Assembly (NCBI GenBank): GCA_951406725.2
Contig: OX597814.1
Location: forward strand, 29,512,001 to 29,576,000
DNA length: 64,000 nt
Reading direction: 5' to 3'
Source of the DNA: Octopus vulgaris
Lineage: Eukaryota
The notes beneath the pieces are model-generated. The model made no database searches. It was not told the DNA's origin and saw only the letters and a list, made by a program, of their open reading frames with translations. Shown here piece after piece: positions 38,689 to 51,313 of the stretch. How positions within the stretch are numbered: position 1 is the first letter of the stretch; every line of letters begins with the position of its first letter. The position numbers and the translations under genes were made by a program.

Positions 38689-39749
38689 GTTATTCCTTAA
38701 TATTTCTCTTGTATTTCTCACTAGGAAGAGGGTATAACTCCACCCGGCATAAACCTGAACAGCATCTCATATTGCTAATTCTCTTCCTAAAAGATATTTT
38801 AAGCTTCTCAGCAACTATCTCTGATAGTCTTAATGCTTTCTCTACTTTCATATCATTAATCATGCTTTCATCATCATCATATTTTAAATCCACTTTCCAG
38901 GCTGACATGGGTTGGACAAGTTGTCATCATCTGAGTCAGATCCTATTTGTAGTTACTGCCCTCCTACATGGAATCTATGAGTGAGCATGTCTTGCTCATG
39001 CATTCCATTTTTGATAGTGTTTCTATGGATAGATGCCCTTCCTAATACCAGGATAAGACTACTGGGTGCGTTTTATCATGATACTAACACAAGAAAAGTT
39101 GTCATATCCTTGAGAAGATAAAAGAATCTTTTCCACTCTTTGTTTTTCTTTTATTTGCTTACCAACCACTTTACAAAGTGTACTCATCATCATCATCATC
39201 ATCATCATCGTTTAACGTCCTTTTACCATGCTAGCATGGGTTGGCCAGAGGAAGCTGGCAACCGCTATATGATCGGTTGGTGCTTTTTACATGCTTCCGG
39301 CACAGACACCAGTCAAGGCGGTGCTGACATCAGCCACATTCTGATGGTGCTTTTTACGTGCCACCAGCACGGGTATCACAACTACAATTTCCATTTGTCA
39401 TCTTCACATTAAATCTAAACAATGTTTCTGATTAAGGCCAGTAATTTTGAGAGGAAGTGATTAGGTCATACTATCACTCCTCAGTACATGACTGGTCCTT
39501 TATCAATTCAGGAGTGATAAAAAGAAGGTAAATTTGATCCTGGTAGGATTTGAACTCAAATCTGTTCTTTATTTCTCATGTTTGTTGTCATGGACCATTA
39601 ACACTTGTTGACCATCTCAATGCATTTAAAACTATTTTAGCCTCTAATATCCCACTATATTTTTATGCACCTGTGTTGTGGCAGGATAAAATCTGTCTCC
39701 CTTGACTGATCTTTTTCATCCACTGTACCTTTTTATATCCTTTCCCTTT

Positions 39750-40000
39750 AAGCCCTCAGCTTTCTGTGAAGCATCAGCCATCAACAGCTTTTCTCCACTA
39801 TTCTCAACTACGAGCTGTCATTTCTGATTCTCTCCAATTCAATCCCTGCTTGTCTCTGTAGCTTCCCTTTGGATCTTGCAACACGATGTCATGTTTCCCT
39901 GCCAGAAGGTCTTCCTCTCCCGGGTCTTGTTAGTTTTGAATTGTCATTAACGCTTCTGTAACTCTGTTTGTTTTTTTTTCTAGGAAGAATTGGTCCATAT
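39750..40000 (-). mobile_element. degenerate RTE LINE 3' end
   Basis: A decayed GRGRP motif followed by GLNWRESEMTARS*E*WRKAVDG*C. Confidence 0.5.
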
Positions 40001-43000
40001 TAATCTGGTCTTCATCCTTTGATCTATCCAACATGAGAAGCAGACCAGGAGATTGTTCTCTGCTGGCATAGCTCTGAGGCACACAAACGACCACACTGTA
40101 ACAAGCACTAGACCTTGTGGTGGACCTTTTATATATAGACATGCATAAAAATTAAGAGCTCCTCTTTGCCATCGCTCTCCCTGTTAGAAACAGCAGCCAT
40201 ATCTCCTTTAAAGCACTCATGAGATAATACAGTTCTAGATACTCTGTCTTGATAAGAGATATGATGGTCATAGCCGGAATGTCTTTCACTATAAGCCTAC
40301 TCAACCAGGGCCGGCCTTGGGTTAAACAACACACATAGAGTGATGTAATTGTTTGTGCCTCTATCTCAACAGTTGCACTTAGGAAATAACTCAACTACTC
40401 CTCTTTCCACTTTTTTCTCCTTTTCTTCCCTCTATCATTTTGATATAATATATTTTCTGTCATGAGATTTGGAACTAAAGTGTTCAGTCTCACTTCTAAA
40501 GACAGTAATACATTTAGCCCTCTAGTAGTCAGGTTACTCCATCAAATGTAATGCTTATATAGTCATACTGTTTTGAATTAGTCATGCATTATCTTGTAGC
40601 TTTGAGATTTTGATGATGTGATTGCTAATTTTTAAAATGACAATGTAGGGTAGATGTGATAAGAAGGATCTGGTTGGTTTGAAAAGAAAACAAATGGAAG
40701 ATTTTGGCTGGATATGGCCAGTTTAAATGTTAAAGGGTTAAAGACAATTTGGCTGCTTCATCAACTGGCCAACTGAGTGTACAGTTGTTCTGGTACATCT
40801 CATCTTCCCATAGACTGTACCATCTCCATCCGAGCCTTAAACCTGCTGACATAAACAAATTTCAAGCCATCAAAAGCTCCATTATAAGAAGGAGCACATA
40901 TGCACACACTACTTACTTTTACTACACATCATCAATACAATGACACAAGTTCATACAAGACTGGGAAGAAAAAAATAAATAAAAGCTGATATTAACTGAA
41001 TTCAGTAGCTATTTTGTATGTTGTACAAGGAACTTAGTTAATTCACTAGATTTTTATGTATGGCTGTTACCTATTTTGTTCAATTCCCACTAGATACCAT
41101 AAAACATGCTATTTCATTTTCCTGCTGTTTCAGATGAGTTCAGTATTTTTTCTAAAATGAAATAATGACAGTAAATATTTGGATGAGATTTTCAATTGCT
41201 GAATGTTTTCCTTTAATGGCTGTTCCTCTATTTTGTGGATTATTCTAGAAAAATAAGCTAACCAAAGCCTTGTTAGTGGATTTAACAGCCGGAAACTTAA
41301 AGCAACCACTCCCTGTGCTCGTGTATGAGTGTGTGTGTGCTTGTGTTTCATTGTCATTGCATGTAATTTATAAACAATCTTCCATAGGAACATGTCCAGC
41401 CATAATGGTGTTCATGTTTGAAGGATGAGAGGAGATGCTATTTTGTTTGGAAACCAGTGAGTGCTGGTGACAGGAAGAGCATCCAGCTGTAGAAAATCTG
41501 TCTTGACAAATTCATATGACCCGTGCAAGAATGAAAAAGTGGACATTAAAATGACAATGATGATGACAACAACAGCAACAACACTTTTGAAAAACAGTCA
41601 GAACTGGAGATACTTTACTGCACTGTGCATTCTGTTCACCCAAATAAACTCTGCATGACAGCATGCAGTGTGATTCCATATCAGATTGAAGTAAGTATAG
41701 TCCATGTACTGTACTACAGGTCTGAATGGAAATTACTTAACAACAAAATCATCAGCTTTATTGTGAACATCATCATCATCATCATAAAAAGTATTACAAT
41801 AATTTTATTTTATATATATTTTCTTGAGTCTTATTCTTTCATATAAAGCTGAAAATTCTTCTGTTATGTTGAAAAGTAAAATAACAGTGGATTTAGTGCC
41901 TGAACAGATTTCTGATTAAACTTGTCAAACAGCTTCTGAAATGTCATAAACTGTGTTCAGTGTCATTTTCATTTTGCTTTGTTATTGGGTAACTAGTCCT
42001 CCACCATCTACCCATAGCTGTTTGTAGTCTGTCTGTCTGTCTAATCTACCTTTCACGTTTCTCTCTTTTATTTGAAGTGAAATCTTGCTACTTTCATATC
42101 AATCATTAATTTCTGTAAACCTTTTCAGTTTTATCATTTTATTTTATATAAAGTGGTAGAGCTTTTGTTCGTAAGTTGTTAATGTTCTCAGGTGAACTAA
42201 GCTGACTAAATTTAATGTAGATTTAACTGTGGATCTGAAGTGATGAAGATTAGTTCTTTGTATAAATAGGAAGTACATCTAAGAAGCCTGTTCAAAGCCT
42301 TTATTTATTTTTTTCAAAGAAATAGTGTGTAACAATGCTCATAGACGTTTTTAAGTTTGACCCAACGGCAATATAAAAATAACAAGGTGAAATTAGTATA
42401 TTAATTCCTATTTTGAATTGTTTTTCTTTCTTTGGAGGGAGAAGACGTTTAGCTGGATGTCCTAAGTTAAAATATTCAACTTCAGAATGACCAAGCACAA
42501 AGAGGACACGTCCTTTGTGTATTGCAAATGGCTGTCTGCCAGGCTTCAGTTTATGCATTTGAACTGGAAATAACACATAAGAACATTCATCGGCACTTTA
42601 AACATTTAGTCTTTCTAGATCCTTGATAAGTGGCGTGATATCTACTTCAATAAATGAATCAATGCTGAATACTTGCTCACATGCTTGTTGAGCCTCGCTT
42701 CTCACAGCCACTGTGAAATGGAAAAGATAACAAATGAAATGAAATGAAAAGATAACAAGAATATATTGGAAAAAAATTTCTTTTGATTTCATCTACAAAG
42801 ACAAGTTTGTAATGAGTTTGATATGAACTTGTTCAATGACTCTATTCAGCTGCCTCATTTAGTCCCTTCATTGAATTTCTAGCTGTGCTAAATAGCATGG
42901 CTCACATGACCATCAGGCTGGATCACATGACACTGCAAGTATATCAAAACCTCTCTCAATAGGAATGTTATAAAATGTACTTGTTAAGTCAGATGCTCTT

Positions 43001-43756
43001 GAAGCCAGCTGTGGTTGACATAATACTTAGCTGTACTTATTGTAAAACAATTTGTTTTATCCCAGGATGATAGGGTGTAACTGCTCAATATGTTACTCCC
43101 TTGCTTCAAACAGTCTTCAGAATACCACAAAGTAATACATCCATGTCCTGAATAGTTGTTTCATTTTAGAATTTTCCTCCTTCATGATATTCAAATAGTC
43201 AAGAATACCACATTTTATTGACTAACATTGTCAATGCTATTAACCAGAAACCCTTTCGTAGGATACAGCAATAATCGAAAAGTGTCAGAATCTCTCGAAA
43301 TAATACATTCTCAACAGAACTAGATGGATACTTCTGTATTCTTTGCCAACCATTTGCCAAATCCCAAAAAGACAAGATGTCCATTTCAGTCAGTGTTAGC
43401 TATATGTCCTGAACATTTTAGATGCTCATTCAAAAAACAAACAAAAAAAACACTTAAATCTCATGAGCCTTCTTTGTTCCATCACATTTGTTTTAAATTC
43501 ATATCCCAGACACCAATAACTCCGTTTTGAGTCTCAGTAGACAAAAACATAGTGGGTTGAAGTGTCAGGAATTTTGGACATGCTATTGGAGAGTAAATGT
43601 AGAATCAGGTGAAGCTTGGTTTGTATGTGAAATATAAGATTTTGATTTGAGAGTTCAGGATTATAGTGAACAACATTGGGCAGTAAAATATTTTAAAAAT
43701 TTGTTTCTTTGAATGTTAGACCTATTCTCATGTATATCTTTATCTTTCTTTTATTT

Positions 43757-43944
43757 TTTACTTGTTTCAGTCATTTGACTGCGGCCATGCTGGAGCACCG
43801 CCTTTAGTCGAGCAAATCGACCCCGGGACTTATTCTTTGTAAGCCCAGTACTTATTCTATCGGTCTCTTTTGCCGAACCGCTAAGTAACGGGGACGTAAA
43901 CACACCAGCATCGGTTGTCAAGCAATGCTAGGGGGACAAACATA

Positions 43945-44021
<77 letters not shown>

Positions 44022-44183
44022 GACAGGCTTCTTTCAGTTTCCGTCTACCAAATCCACTCACAAGGCATTGGTCGGCCCGGGGCTATAGCAGAAGACACTT
44101 GCCCAAGATGCCACGCAGTGGGACTGAACCCAGAGCCATGTGGTTGGTTAGCAAGCTACTTGCCACACAGCCACTCCTGCGCC
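43757..44183 (-). mobile_element. SINE family A
   Basis: Family match. Confidence 0.9.
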
Positions 44184-46189
44184 TATATTTGGAACATTGC
44201 TTCCAAATATACCACCAGTTATGCCCTATCACCTCTGGTTTTGAAGAATACAGTATAATCCATTGTACATTAACTTACCACATGCACCTTGACTCCAATT
44301 GCACCTTGTATTTAGGAGCCTTAGAAGTTAGACCTACTTGGGAGTATTTTTGGATTACCAATTCGAAGAATAGTCTTAGCCTTGTCAACTCTAATTAATT
44401 ACTAATCTGATATTTTGATACAAATATAACAATATTAATGTTATTAAGATAACCTCTTATTACTAAATAAGTTTATCTCATCACAAAAATACAGAGTTCC
44501 GTACATTAGAATCTATAGTTATTGAAACTCAAAAATAAACTTTATAAATTATTTTTGCATTGTTAGAAGAAGCTTTCCTTATTTCTTATTTCATTCATTA
44601 TTCTACTTATGTACTACAATGCTTCAAACAAACTACAATGCTCTTCTTTTATAAATTATTATTCATTCAACATGTTTTTTTAATAAAACTTTCTAGTGTA
44701 AGGTTTACCAGGTTAGTCTACTAAAGGTTCCTAATGTAATCTACCATTCTATGTACCAAACCTTTCTGGAAAGCTCAGTGGCTTTGTAGATAATATTCAT
44801 TAAAACAGAAGATCATGTCCCTTACCAATTCAAAGTAGTTGTTAGCTTAATAATTGCCAAGAATGTGTTATATGGTAAACATTAAAAAAAATGCGCATAA
44901 ACAAAAGGGGATGCAGTGTAAATAATAGTCAAAACTATTGGAAAGGTTGCAAGACGCAACGAAAATTTTAGGAAAATAAAAATAAGAAAAAAAAGTGGAA
45001 ATTTTACCAGTGAGTGTGTTATATTATAAGGCTTAAAAAGAAAATGACTCTCCCCAGACACAACAGAATATGCTTCAACACACGAACTCATATAAAGAAT
45101 CTTACAAACCAAATCCAAAAACGAAATATAAAAAAAAAAAAGTATTGCTGCTTTAAGTTTTTCATGCTTAGTCTAGGGAATTTGCTAAACAAATTGCTTC
45201 TTTGTTCAATGTATTTACTAAGGTTTTGTGCTGAAATTATGTAATTTTAGCTAGAATTCAGCAATCTAAAGATAATAGCATTATTTTTATATTAAAATAC
45301 AACATTAACTAATTTGTGCTGAGAGGCCAAAACTGATATCTTTAGACTCAGTGCCCTAAATATATTTTAGAATGAACTAATAATGAACATAATTGTAGGG
45401 TGCAATTTGAGCCCAAAATATAAGGTACATGAGTGGATACATCAGCTATACTTTCAGTGTATACTGGCCAATGCCATTGGAATCAATGCAGTTATCAAAA
45501 ATGGGTTTATGTCACAGTACAAAACAGTGATGTGATAGCAAAAACCAATGTAATTTTAGGGTTCAGTGACCTTAAATTATTTAAGAAAACAAGTTTTGTT
45601 TATCTCTGCATAAATCATGTTGCTTAGTGTAATACATGGAGACATGTTTTGAATAAAATCAAATACAGAATCAAAATCCTGTTTTTGCATTGTATCAATG
45701 ATTCATAATTTGGAAATAGAAATGCTTCAAAGAAATTCATTGACTTTATTTGAAAAATCTGCTGCAGCTTACAATCATTTTTATTTCCCCCCACTTTTTT
45801 TTTTTTTTTTTAAGTAATAGATCGTTTTGTGCAGTACAAGTCTGGTGCCCCCCCCCCCCCAGCATTAACTTCACTGTAATCACTCAATCAATCAATCAAT
45901 CATCATCATTATCAACATCATTGTCATCGCTGTAATAGTCCTCGTTTGTCCTCATTGTCATGCCTGCTGCAGAACTTTTTACATGGCACCTATCCATCAT
46001 TTTCTCTTACAAGGTAACCAATTTATTTCCTGAAGGTTCCTTAACTTTCAGTTACATGCAATATGGAGTATCTATGAAGTCACAAATAAGCAATGCTGCT
46101 GTTTTATTTCTATCAAACCTATCAATTTCTTTCATCTCTCCCTCCTCTCTCCCTCTCCATACCCTCATCAACTGATGATACTTTTTTAT

Positions 46190-46396
46190 TTACTCTTTTA
46201 CTTGTTTCAGTCATTTGACTGTGGCCATGCCGGAGCACCGCCTTTAGTCGAGCAAATCGACCCCGGGACTTATTCCTTGTAAGCCTAGTACTTATTATAT
46301 CGGTCTCTTTTGCCGAACCGCTAGGTTACTGGCACATAAACACATCAACATCAGTTGTCAAGCGATGTTGGGGGACAAACACAGATACAGAAACAT

Positions 46397-46447
<51 letters not shown>

Positions 46448-46587
46448 CACGACGGGCTTCTTTCAGTTTCCGTCTACCAAATCCACTCACAAGGCCATAG
46501 TAGAAGACACTTGCCTAAGGTTCCACGCAGTGGGACTGAACCCGGAACCATGTGGTTCGTAAGCAAGCTACTTACCACACAGCCACT
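46190..46587 (-). mobile_element. SINE family A (lacks first few 5' bases)
   Basis: Family match. Confidence 0.88.
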
Positions 46588-46595
46588 GGCTGGAC

Positions 46596-46667
46596 CTCCC
46601 TGGCGGGGAATCAAACCCTAGTCTCCCACGTGACAGGCGGGGATACTTACCATTATACTACCGAGGA
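46596..46667 (-). pseudogene. tRNA-Asp(GTC) pseudogene / decayed tRNA gene
   Basis: Reverse complement TCCTCGGTAGTATAATGGTAAGTATCCCCGCCTGTCACGTGGGAGACTAGGGTTTGATTCCCCGCCAGGGAG (72 nt) matches metazoan tRNA-Asp. CpG-type changes hit the T loop (TTTG for TTCG) and stems. Confidence 0.88.
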
Positions 46668-48320
46668 CAGGTAGTATTTGTTTGTATTTTTTATTCATCT
46701 GTTACACTGTTTGTTATTTTAACTATGTCTAGTAGCCTAAAAGTATTTCTGCTTCTCACATTACACATACCATTGTTTGTTATAGATAATAAACTCTTTG
46801 TAACTCTGGTTTAATTTCGATACCCACCAGCTATTGTGAGGGATGGACAGTTAGAGAGAAATGATTTCTATAGACATTGGAGTGGTTGGCATTAGGAAAG
46901 GCATCCAGCTGTAGAAACTCTGCCAGATCAAGATTGGAGTCTGGTGTAGCCATCTGGTTCGCCAGCCCTCAGTCAAATCGTCCAACCCATGCTAGCATGG
47001 AAAGCAGATGTTAAACGATGATGAGGATTATTTATTGTAGAAATAAATTGAAAACAGTATCAACATTATCATTGATCTCATCAGCATTTATGTATGGATG
47101 TGTGTGTATGTATATGTGTTCATAAACACATGTGCCTTCGTGTATACATATTTATATAGACAAAAGCACACGTGCATACACTTCATACACATCCTGTGTG
47201 TGTGTATACACACACACACACATGCATACATACATTCGTGGATGAGTAAACTATATAAAAGAATGTGTGTTTTCTATATCAGAGATAAATCCATGAACAT
47301 TCAGTTGATTTGTTTTTTAACTTTAACCTTTGAGCTACTAGACCACCTCAACCTGTTCTCTCTCTTTTTCTCTCACTCTGTCTCTATATCTTTCTTTATA
47401 TATATATATTAAAAAAAAAAAAGAAATCAGGAACATAATTTAACAGCAATATTTCCATTAAGATCTTTGCTAGCTTTTAAACCTTTACCTATTCAGATTC
47501 CATGTTATGCTATAAAGTTGATTGCTGTTGATGTCTCTCTCTCTCTCTCTTTCTTTCTCTCATACATATATACACACGCATGCACGTACACCACTTACTC
47601 TCTCTCTCTCTCATACATATATATATATATACACACATGCATGTACACCACTTACTCTCTCTCCTTTCCTGTGTCTGTCTATCTTTACATAATTACAACT
47701 ACATTTGTGTTGTTAAAAGCCTCATGATAAAAACCATTCCTTAAAGATTAAGAAATGAAAGAAAAATTAAGCATTTTTACTTGTCATGTTATATTATTGT
47801 ACATGTTTTGTTGAAATTTTTACATTTTTTGTTATTCAGTCAATTGTATTTTAGAAAGTGATATCTATCTATTTGTCCATCTATTTTTCTACCTACCTAC
47901 CTCCCTACATACCTACATATATGTATGGGTGTGTGTGTGTATGTTTAGCATGATTGTATATGTATGTTGAGGAGATTGTGTATGTATGTTGCTATTTATA
48001 AGAATATCTCTAAACATCTCAACACCTTAAAGGCAACATATCTGTGTAAATATTTCTAAAATAATAGTTGATTGTTACAAAAGTAGTTGTACATATTTGC
48101 CCCATGATGAACTCCTATAAGTGAAACAATAGAGTATTTTTGTAATAACCTGCTGTTTATGTACATGTAGCTTTGGATATATGTGTGTATGGATCTGGAC
48201 GCAAGCTTGGTTGTGTGATTATGAAGTTCACTTCTTAACCTTATAGCTTTGGGATCAGTCCCATTGTATGACATCATGGAGAATCTTGTGAGTGGGTTTG
48301 AAAGACAGCAACTGAAAGAA

Positions 48321-48640
48321 TCATCATCGTTTAACGTCCACTTCCCATGCTAGCATGGGTTGGACGATTTAATTGAGGACTGGTGAACCAGATGGCTGCG
48401 CCAGATTCCAATCTCATCTGGCAGAGTTTCTACAGCTGAATGCCCTTCCTAACGCCAACCACTCCGAGAGTGTAGTGGGTGCTTTTACGTGCCACCGGTA
48501 CGAAGGCCAGTCTGGCAGTACTGGTAACGGCCACGCTTGAAATGGTGTATTTTACATGCCACCTGCACAGGTGTCAGTCCAGTGGCACTGGCAATGACCT
48601 AACTCGAATGTTTTGTTCACGTGCCACCGGCACAAGTTCC
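48321..48640 (-). mobile_element. RTE LINE 3'-UTR fragment
   Basis: Family match with (CAT)n tail. Confidence 0.75.
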
Positions 48641-48879
48641 ACCCTCTGGATATATTGGATGTGTGTGTACCTGTATGTCTGTCTTTTCATTCACACTTGT
48701 GCTCCTCCAAAAATAACCGAACTATTTGTACTCACATTGCTGTCATTTATCTGTCAATGTATATTGTTGCTCAGCTTTGTGCCTTTTGAAGATGTGGAAT
48801 ATAATATTCCTTGCCTTGCTTGAAAAATGGGTAATGGTTAGCAACTAGAAGGGCATCCAGCTGTAAAACAATACCTCAA

Positions 48880-49310
48880 TGATCATCATCATCATCATCA
48901 TCGTTTAACGTCCGCTTTCCATGCTAGCATGGGTTAGACGGTTCAACTGGGGTCTGGGAAGCCCGAAGGCTGCACCAGGCCAGTCATATCTGGTGGTGTT
49001 TCTACAGCTGGATGCCCTTCCTAACGCCAACCACTCCGTGAGTGTAGTGGGTGCTTTTTATGTGCCACCGACACAGGTGCCAGACGAGGCTGGCGAACGG
49101 CCACGCTCGGATGGTGCTTTTTACGTGCCACCGGCACGGAGGCCAGGCGAGGCTGGCACAGCCACGATCGGATGGTGTTTGTTATGTGCTACCAGCACGG
49201 AGGCCAGTCGATGCGGTGCTGGCAACGGCCACGTTCAGATGGTTCTCTTATGTGCCACCGGCACTGGTACCACAACTACAAATTCCATCAATGTTGATCG
49301 ATTTCAATTT
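48880..49310 (-). mobile_element. RTE LINE 3'-UTR fragment with several ~46-bp repeat units
   Basis: Repeated ggtgctttttacgtgccacc cores and (CAT)n tail. Confidence 0.8.
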
Positions 49311-49974
49311 TGATTTGATTTTTTTGATTCTTTGATTTTTTGATTTACTTGTTAATAATATATTTGTTTAACCCATGCAAGCATAGAAAAGCTGGCAAAT
49401 ATATAGCAAAACAAATGGATATATAGAAAGATATTTACCAGTTTTGACAATAAGGATTCAGTCATTTGGTTAACCATGTTACCTGCTTATTGAATTTGTA
49501 TGTAAGTGCCAGATGGTACTGCAGACATGTATGCATAATGTAATTCTCAGGCAGAAGGATGGTGGTGATGATGAATCTGTGTGACACAGTGTGACAAGGT
49601 TGTATCCTTGAATTACAGATACAAACCATTTGATGGGCTTCTATAAACTCCCATCCATCCAATTTCACTTACAAGGTATGGGTCAACCCAATACTATAGG
49701 AAATGACATTTGCCCAAGATGCTGTGCACTAGAACCAAACCCTGGTCGTTGTTGTTGTTGCCATATGCACACTTCTTAACTTTTCATCCATACCACACCA
49801 ACGTCTGTGAGTATTTCAGTATGTGTCTACATGTATCTATGTACATACATATATGTCTGTATATAAACACCTGCAAGTATGTACATATAGTGTTTGTGTG
49901 TAATTCTTTATATGTGTGTGTGTCATGTATTCCATTATTATCATTTAACGGTCATTATTATCATTTAATAATGA

Positions 49975-50267
49975 TATCCGATCGTGGCCGTTGCCAGCCT
50001 TGCCTGGCCCCCGTGCCGGTGGCACGTAAAAAGCACCATCCGTCTGTGGCCGTTTGCCAGCCCCGACTGGCACCTGTGCGGGTGGCACGTAAAAAGCACC
50101 CACTACACTCACAGAGTGGTTGGCGTTAGGAAGGGCATCCAGCCGTAGAAACACTGCCAGATCAGACTGGGCCTGGTGCAGCCTTCAGGCTTCCCAGACC
50201 CCAGTTGAACCGTCCAACCCATGCTAGCATGGAAAGCGGACGCTAAATGATGATGATGATGATGATC
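49975..50267 (+). mobile_element. RTE LINE 3'-UTR fragment
   Basis: Close reverse complement of 48880-49170. Confidence 0.8.
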
Positions 50268-50678
50268 CATACTGGTCTGGAAAAGACAGTTTGACACGTT
50301 TGAAGAGTGTCATGCTTCAGTGCTGGCTTTAGCATGGTTTCTTTAGATGGATGCCCTTCTTAACACCAACTGCCTTACATCATGTACTGAGTTAAAGTAT
50401 GATAGAAAGGGCCAAAGCAGAACAGGTTTCTTGCTCTAGAGCAGCTACACGGCTACTTACATTGTGAAAGTGGTTGGAATGGAGCTGGAAAGGGATAAAA
50501 ATGGGTGTCAGGGTAGCCCTTCATGATATGGGGTGAGTGGGAGTGGCGACAGAATACAATGTGTGCACACACACACACACATAACGTATGTCTTTATAAA
50601 CATGTCTGTGCATATATGTATGTTTATATGCATATATGTATATGTGGTCATATGTGTGGGTGTATGTGTGTGTGTAAA

Positions 50679-50710
<32 letters not shown>

Positions 50711-51281
50711 CTCACAAACATACATCCAGCTGTGTATGAATATGTAAATGTATGTATATGTATAGCCAAGTTAATGACTTCACAAAGAGAAAATAATTGC
50801 CATATTTGTTGTTTAACTTTGTCTGGAATGGTCTCTCATTCACATTCTCCCCATATCTCTTCTCCCGCACTCCCTTTCTTTTTTCTATTCTTCCTCTCCC
50901 TTCAGTTTTTTTGTTTTCTCTTTTAATACCCTCCTTTCTCTCAGTTATCTCTTTTCTCCTCTTTCTATCTCATATTTTTTTTTTTACTTCACTTATCTGT
51001 ATTTTATTTATTTATTGATACTCCTTTCTCTCCTGTCCTATTTTCTTCTTTTTAAATATATATTCTCGTTCCCCTCTCTCCCCATCTTTTCATTTTAACT
51101 ATTAACAACAATCATTCATTCTATTCTATTCTATCTCTTCACTTGAATTTTCTTTCTATTCCAACCCCCACCCCCACTCTATTCATTTTCATCTCCTTAG
51201 AAAAAAAAAAAAAAAAGATAAGATGATACTTGAATCTTTTTATTATTTAAAAAAAATTTTTTTTCTTTCTTCCCCTGCAAG

Positions 51282-51313
51282 TTGACTCTGTAGAGATGCC
51301 AAGTTTCAGTTAG
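51282..51313 (+). CDS. candidate short terminal exon (VDSVEMPSFS*) followed by long UTR-like sequence
   Basis: Very long pyrimidine-rich run ending ttttctttcttcccctgcaag, then an abrupt switch to A-rich, TE-poor sequence after TAG. Confidence 0.3.

Noticed and set aside
48880-49310. CRISPR-like repeat-spacer appearance of ggtgctttttacgtgccacc units
   Set aside because: Eukaryotic context, spacers resemble each other, no cas genes, and the array is part of an RTE 3' UTR.
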